Positions 58,274-64,000 of a DNA stretch of 64,000 nt are shown here, piece after piece. Each line of letters begins with the position of its first letter. Within the stretch, counting starts at the first letter, position 1. The stretch is taken from NCBI GenBank assembly GCA_977017575.1, contig CDRNVI010000014.1, positions 310,001 through 374,000 of the forward strand. Direction: 5' to 3'. The notes below the pieces were generated by a model that did no database searches, had not been told where the DNA came from, and saw nothing but the letters and a program-made list of their open reading frames with translations. The position numbers and the translations under genes were made by a program. This DNA is from Paramoeba atlantica. Its lineage: Eukaryota; Protista; Discosea.

Positions 58274-59230
58274 ATGCCCTGTAAAGGATGCAACGGTCTC
58301 GCTTGCCGAGGAAATCTCACTTTGAGCAAAGTTTCTGTGTGGAGCGAATCGAAATGCAGGGAGTGGTTAAGAACCCATAAGTTGGTGGCTCAGAAGGTTG
58401 TATGTTATAAAAGACTACACAAGGCGCCCTATGCACGTCACTGACGGGAAATGGAGGTGTACTAAAAAATGCAAAGGAATGTACGCCACCTTAGGACCTC
58501 TCGTACCTGGAAGGGCACAAAGAAGTGCAAAGCAAACATTAAAGTACATAATTTTGTACGTTCGTGGTGGACGACATTCGGATTCGGCAGCGGAGACAGA
58601 ACTTAGTCCGCAGACCATTGTGTCTCTAAGGCAATGGATGGATGGCATGATGGCCACAGCTCATGTTCGCCGACGTATCAGGAATCGCGGCAGCGTTGCT
58701 TCAATGCAATGCGATGAGACATTTTTTTCCGTACGGAAACGTCACCGAGGTTCTCATGGTGCAAGACGGGTGCGAGATGATGGTACAGAAGTTGCACAGA
58801 CAATTGCTGTGACTACTCGAGCGAACAAATTATCTGAAATGTTCATGGAAGTTGTACCTGATCGTAAGGCGAGCACGTTACTTCCTCGAATTGAAGATCT
58901 GGCGAGCGGGGGGAGGACACGAATTTGGACCGACGGGGCGCGTCACAATATCCGCCTTGGTGGACGCTACAAGTGGAATAGCGTGAACCACCGCCGAGAA
59001 TGGATAACAGAAGAGGGTGTCCACACGAACACTGTGGAGTGCGCGAATTCGGTGGCGAAGAAGAGACTTAATCGAGAAGGAAACGTATTAGGAAGGAAAA
59101 AGGATAAACGGGCAGATCGTGTGCAAGCCAATGCTGAAAATGCAACGGCAGCCTACGGTACAATGACGGCGATGTAATGCTGCGCATCCTACAGAATCTA
59201 CAAGATCATTGTCATTGTATTCATTTGCAA
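58274..59230 (+). mobile_element. Merlin (IS1595/IS1016-like) transposase with one frameshift near 58425
   Basis: N-terminal Cys motifs; QCDETFFS, WTDG, VNH...GVHTNTVE (DDE intact). Confidence 0.9.
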
Positions 59231-59349
59231 GTCTTGTCCAAGTATTTAAGTCGAAAACTAGAAGCGGAAAGTGTTGATTTCATTGCACAAAATCTTTGAA
59301 AACCGGAAAAAAAAATGTTTTTAAAAAAAGGCGAATTTTGCTTTAATTT

Positions 59350-59710
59350 AACCTGGCAAGCTTTCTATAACCACGTCGCTTGCCGGCATGGAAGCAGCAT
59401 TCCTACAGAGTGGTGGGAAGGGGAGGGTCGCTTCGTATGTTCCTCCTGCGGGCGTAACTATGATAAAACCAAGCGTTTATCTCACTCTCATAGCTGCCAA
59501 GCAACAAAGGCCTCCTCGCTACCCGAACCTCACGCCGAAACCCTTTCTGAGGAAGACAGCGCCACCCTGGTGGATGGAACCACGCAGCTCGAGCTTCCAT
59601 CTTTATCCACTATGTGCTCACTACCCCTTAGTACGTGCAAAGACATACCGCATCGATGCCGCCAGTTGTGGGGCGAAATTCTTACAGAGGCCTTGTTGTA
59701 TGTACTTGAT
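59350..59710 (+). mobile_element. CRE-clade retrotransposon N-terminal fragment
   Basis: Zinc finger (HV..RH...CSSCG....H..SC) followed by LPSL......T.KDIP..CR.LW...L..AL. Confidence 0.55.
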
Positions 59711-60279
59711 AAATTAATGTTTCTTTCCCGGAGAGCAATTCTCCATGGAATGGCTAGGAAATATATACCCCCGTCCGGGTTAATGTATCCCCCCAGGTAC
59801 AATAACTAGCTACAGCTACATTACGTAGCTACAGGTACAATAAAAATTCTGAAAAATAACGAAAATAATGCAAAAAAAGAACGAGAAGCGCCGGAGCTTC
59901 TTTATTTTCATGTCTTCGCTGGTAAAAGTGGTAAAATTATAATGAATTTTGAAAATTAAATCTGTAAAAAGTCAAAAATAAAGTTGGCGCCGCTTCGCGG
60001 CGCCCTCTTTTGCGTAGGGGGGGTACAATAAAACCAAGCGTTCCCACTTACATACCTAAACCGAGTACAGCGAGTACGTACCGAGTACGTATTCGCTTGT
60101 ATTCGCCGTACGCGAGTACGTACTCGCCTGTTGAGAGCGAGTCACTTTAGATTATGAAATGTGGTCGGGCTTTATGAACAGTAAATTTTAGATTGTAAAG
60201 CCTAATAATTGTTATTCTCGTAGAGAGTGATTATTGAGACTTGTATGTAATATGTTGATTAGTGTTTTTTTCGAAAACG

Positions 60280-62400
60280 TTAAACCGGGGGTCAGTTCAA
60301 TATTAAGGTTAGTTTAATATTAAGATCTACTTTAATATTAAGATTGACACTTTAATATTAAAATGACACTTTAATATTAAGATTCACTTTAATATTAAGA
60401 TTCGATTTTTTAAGGATTTTCTTTGGTTCTTTAACTTTTCTGATTTTTTTGATGGACCTTATTGCTTCGCAATTAACGGTACTGTCGCTGCGTAGCCACG
60501 GAGAGGCAATCAACGAATGTTATAGAGCTGTCGAAGATTATGTTGATGAGGTTTGCTCTCTTAAGGATGACGAAGGTGTTATGCAACCCTCCGACTTAAA
60601 CGATTCTCTGCCTTATGAATCTGAAAATTGTAACTCTGAAAGTGGTCCAAGTGACAGTGCCGAGTCCGAAGAAGATAATGGTTATGAAAGTTCCGAAGAA
60701 TCGGATGAAAAATCGAATGACAGTGATGTATCACATTCCAGTGATTCAGAGGATTCGGGTAAACTTTCAAAAAATGGGGGTAGAACTAAAATTTGCCCTT
60801 ACGAGAAGCGAGCAAAAGATAATGGTGTTCGCGTTCGAGTGGAACCTACGGCAAAAATCAAACGGGCGATCTCACGTGACTGGGATAGCTGGAGTGTAGA
60901 GAAACAACGCAAGTATGGTTCCATGCAAGTGTTAAACAAATGGATCAAAGACAGATTCCCAAACTCCCGTATTCATATTAGCAACAAAAATCAGTTGCAA
61001 AACTATTCCGAATTAACGCGTGGCATTAAGAAGCGCAAGCGACACGAGCGCAAACATCGTCTTGAGTGGCTAAAATTACAACTGCACCATTTTATTCGAG
61101 GGGCTCGACAGAGAGACGGCCTCGTTACCATACAAATGATTAGGAAGGAAGCCTACAAAATGTTGAAAGAAGAAAATGCAAAACCTCAGGATAAGAATAA
61201 AGCGAAAGGAATTTATGAAGTAAGCGATCGGTGGATACGACGCTTTCTTAAGTTTACGTATCAAGGCGAAAAAGACGTTCGTGTAATGTGCAATCCGAAC
61301 GACAATAAGAGATGTGCAACTTTAATTTGCGGAGCGGGGGTGATTCTCAATGATGAACTACAGCCCATAAAATCATTTTTTCTTAAACCAATGCTGATTC
61401 GGAAGGGTTTGGGCAAAGGGATAGAAAGAGAAGCCTTCGATTTTCGCACTGCACGCGCTCTCACACGCAAAGGTGTCGCAAACAAAGAATTTTTTATTGA
61501 AACATTTATTCCTTTCTTGAAATCACAACTGCGCGCGCACAGTGTAAACACAACACTTTTAGTGTTCGATTCTTGTCGGTCGCATGTCAATAAGAGTGTC
61601 ATTAAATCTTTTGCAACCCAAGCCCATTGCTACAGCGCTATCATCCCTGCTGGTACTCGTGGATCCAATGGATAGATGTGTTTTATGCTGCAGCATACAA
61701 GCGTGAACAAGATATGGGATCGAGAACAAGATGTACCACGCACCGCTCGTCAAAAGAGGGAATGGATGCACCAAGCTGTGGCTCGTTCACACGAAAGAGT
61801 TGCAAACGCTAAAAATAGCATGCAAGAATCTTCGAAACGTGCATGTATTAACGTTATTGATGAATTTAATCGTTTAGGATATATTGATCCGCAACTCGCT
61901 GTTTGGAATCATTGTGAGGCTCTGCAAAATTATAAATTTGAAGCTCCCGTAGTAATTGTAGATGATTATGCAGAGCGAATTGAAAATGCGTTTTCCCGCG
62001 GGGCTGGAACAAACAAACCAAAAAAGGGTCTCGAAAAGTGGATTCCTATGCGAAAATAGTTATTTTTAGGCTATGCGAAATAATATTGCGATAGTTGAAG
62101 TAACAATAATATACATAATGCGAAATGTTTTTTTTGTTTTTACGGAGGTTTTTTTTTCGTGATATCTTAGAGTTCGTCTTGTTTTTCCCTTTCGTAAACG
62201 TATTTCTTATAAAATACTGTAATAAATTTATTCTACTGGGTCTTCAACCGTTCAAAACGATTCTACAATCTTAATATTATAATGGCTACACTTTAATATT
62301 AAGATTCATTTTTTGGACAATTTAATATTAAGATCTCACTTTAATATTAAGATTCACTGCCCAATCTTAATATTAGCACCTTTCCAATCTTAATATTAAT
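60280..62400 (+). mobile_element. pogo-like transposon relic (ORFs 60452-61675 and 61676-62059) with TTAATATTAAGAT subterminal repeats
   Basis: HTH (VSDRWIRRFLK), FDSCRSHV, IIPAG..WIQWIDV across a frameshift; the first catalytic Asp region appears deleted; the left end starts TTAAACC. Confidence 0.8.
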
Positions 62401-62607
62401 AATAATAATAATAATATACCACTTAGTTCTTAAAAGTGGTTAGGTATCTTTCTGCCATGACTTTGAATGCTACTTTCTTTCTCTTATTCTTTGGTCTGAC
62501 GCAAATGCCTTTTGCAGCATTAGGCCTCGAACGGAGGACAGTGGCGTATCCGTATCAAGAAATCATACGCTGTCGCTGCTAACGCTATCAAAACAGCTTC
62601 GAATGCA

Positions 62608-64000
62608 ATGTCCGATGCTGTGTTCGCCACCGAAAATGCTGTGCAACCCGTTGATATGCTCCCCGCTGAAGCTCACGGAGGAATCGACGTCCCTCTTTCG
62701 AAGCAACAAAACGATGATTTTCATGCACATATACTGAGCAGAGGTTACACGTACAACGGGGAGGGTTATGTTCACGATGTTCGTGCCTTCGACATTTTCG
62801 CAACTGAAAACTCTGCGCCACAAACTTCTGAACACATGGAGCATTGGACAGAACAAACGCGTCTTCCATCACCGCAGCCGGTTGGCATGCATACAATACT
62901 CCCGACCATCCAAAACATAATGCATAGCAATTCATCTGATGCAATCCCGATTGTTACGACAGGTGAGGAAACGATGAGCGGAGGTACTGCTTTCCACGAA
63001 TGTATGTCTCCCCCGATACGCGCGGAAAACTCTCCTCGAGAAGAGCCTCGAGAAACTCCTCCTGCCTCGCCGGCCCGCAATTCAGATATCCGTTCAGACG
63101 CCACAGGAAACATCGTCGAACAGCTTCTAAGCGATATTTCACCAACACGAGATTTTCCAATACCAGCAGAATCCGTATGGTATCAAGCCAAAGCCGCGAA
63201 GAAAGGAGACGAAGTCATTGTGGCATGGACCTTTGATCGTCAATCCAAGTTAAATGTATCGATTGGAACAGTGAAGCAGAAAACATCACGAGGAAAGCAT
63301 GGAAAAGTGCAGGTAGAGTACGTAGGTCTCCAGGGCCACAGTCAAGGCCAAAGTTTCTACGGAGTGTTGCCCCCTCATGAAAATGTCCGGGTATACAAAC
63401 TGCTATGGACCGACAGGGAATTCACGGAGGGCACGGCAGAGATCGAGCAAACAACTGCCGTGAACCACACGGAGAAAGATCTGGACTTAGAGCCGCTGCC
63501 CACAATGCGCACAATATCTCCAGAATTCGTACCAGGAGTGGTAACTATTTTCCGTGATATAATACGCGATTACGCGGACAGCAACTATGAATACAGAAAC
63601 CGAATCTGGCATCGATTGATGTCGGCAACGAAGCATTCACTGGCGACAATCAGAGAGAAGAACGGTAGAAAGCGGCGTAAAAGACCCCAGAATAGCGATG
63701 ATATTAGTGACTCAACAATGTCGGCTGACAACCTTGAACGGTCAGACATCCGTGCAATGAAAAAAGCTATTCGCCTCGTTTTGGATGGATGTACCTCGAA
63801 GGCCTCAAAAGTAATTGATATAGACATGCGAAAAGGAACGCTTTCGGACGCGGAAGTGATGACAAAACTCCGAGATCTACACCCTCAGCTACCCTGTACC
63901 TTTAATCTCCCTTCGGATGCGCCGGCCGTAGCTTGCTTTTCGACTGTGGAGTTGCGCGAAGCTGGCAAGAGGCTCTCAAAAGGAGCAGCGCCAGGTCCCT
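62608..64000 (+). mobile_element. CRE/SLACS/CZAR-like retrotransposon ORF running off the window end (absent from the ORF track)
   Basis: Open frame of more than 460 codons with no stop, ending G.TSKASKV...KLRDLHP...RLSKGAAPGP, the region preceding RT in CRE-clade proteins. Confidence 0.8.

Noticed and set aside
62579-62600. SL 5' half look-alike CTAACGCTAT...AACAG
   Set aside because: Only a 10-nt exact match with wrong spacing, lying within an open reading frame, with no SL 3' half or intron.

Overview
Eukaryotic window, inferred to be kinetoplastid (possibly Perkinsela-like/Prokinetoplastina). The evidence is intronless genes all on the minus strand with upstream polypyrimidine tracts, a spliced-leader fragment, and VIPER/TATE- and CRE/SLACS-type retroelement remnants. 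Host genes: two type IIA topoisomerases, two RluA-family pseudouridine synthase copies, COX15, ribonucleotide reductase small subunit, an LRR protein, a UBX protein and hypotheticals. They sit in a dense, nested TE landscape (Tc1/mariner, pogo, hAT, Merlin, many TA-flanked MITEs). Main observations: (1) the second topoisomerase is a full-length intact ORF that has lost its catalytic Arg-Tyr pair, a TOPRIM Asp and the RGK lysine, and is followed in frame across one TGA by a truncated pseudouridine synthase; (2) an RLE-type non-LTR retrotransposon begins with a spliced-leader fragment and sits between two copies of a 101-102 bp hairpin-rich tandem array; (3) there is a tRNA-headed SINE-like family; (4) a cluster of hairpins has covarying stems and a constant loop. 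All calls are from reading the sequence; no searches were run.
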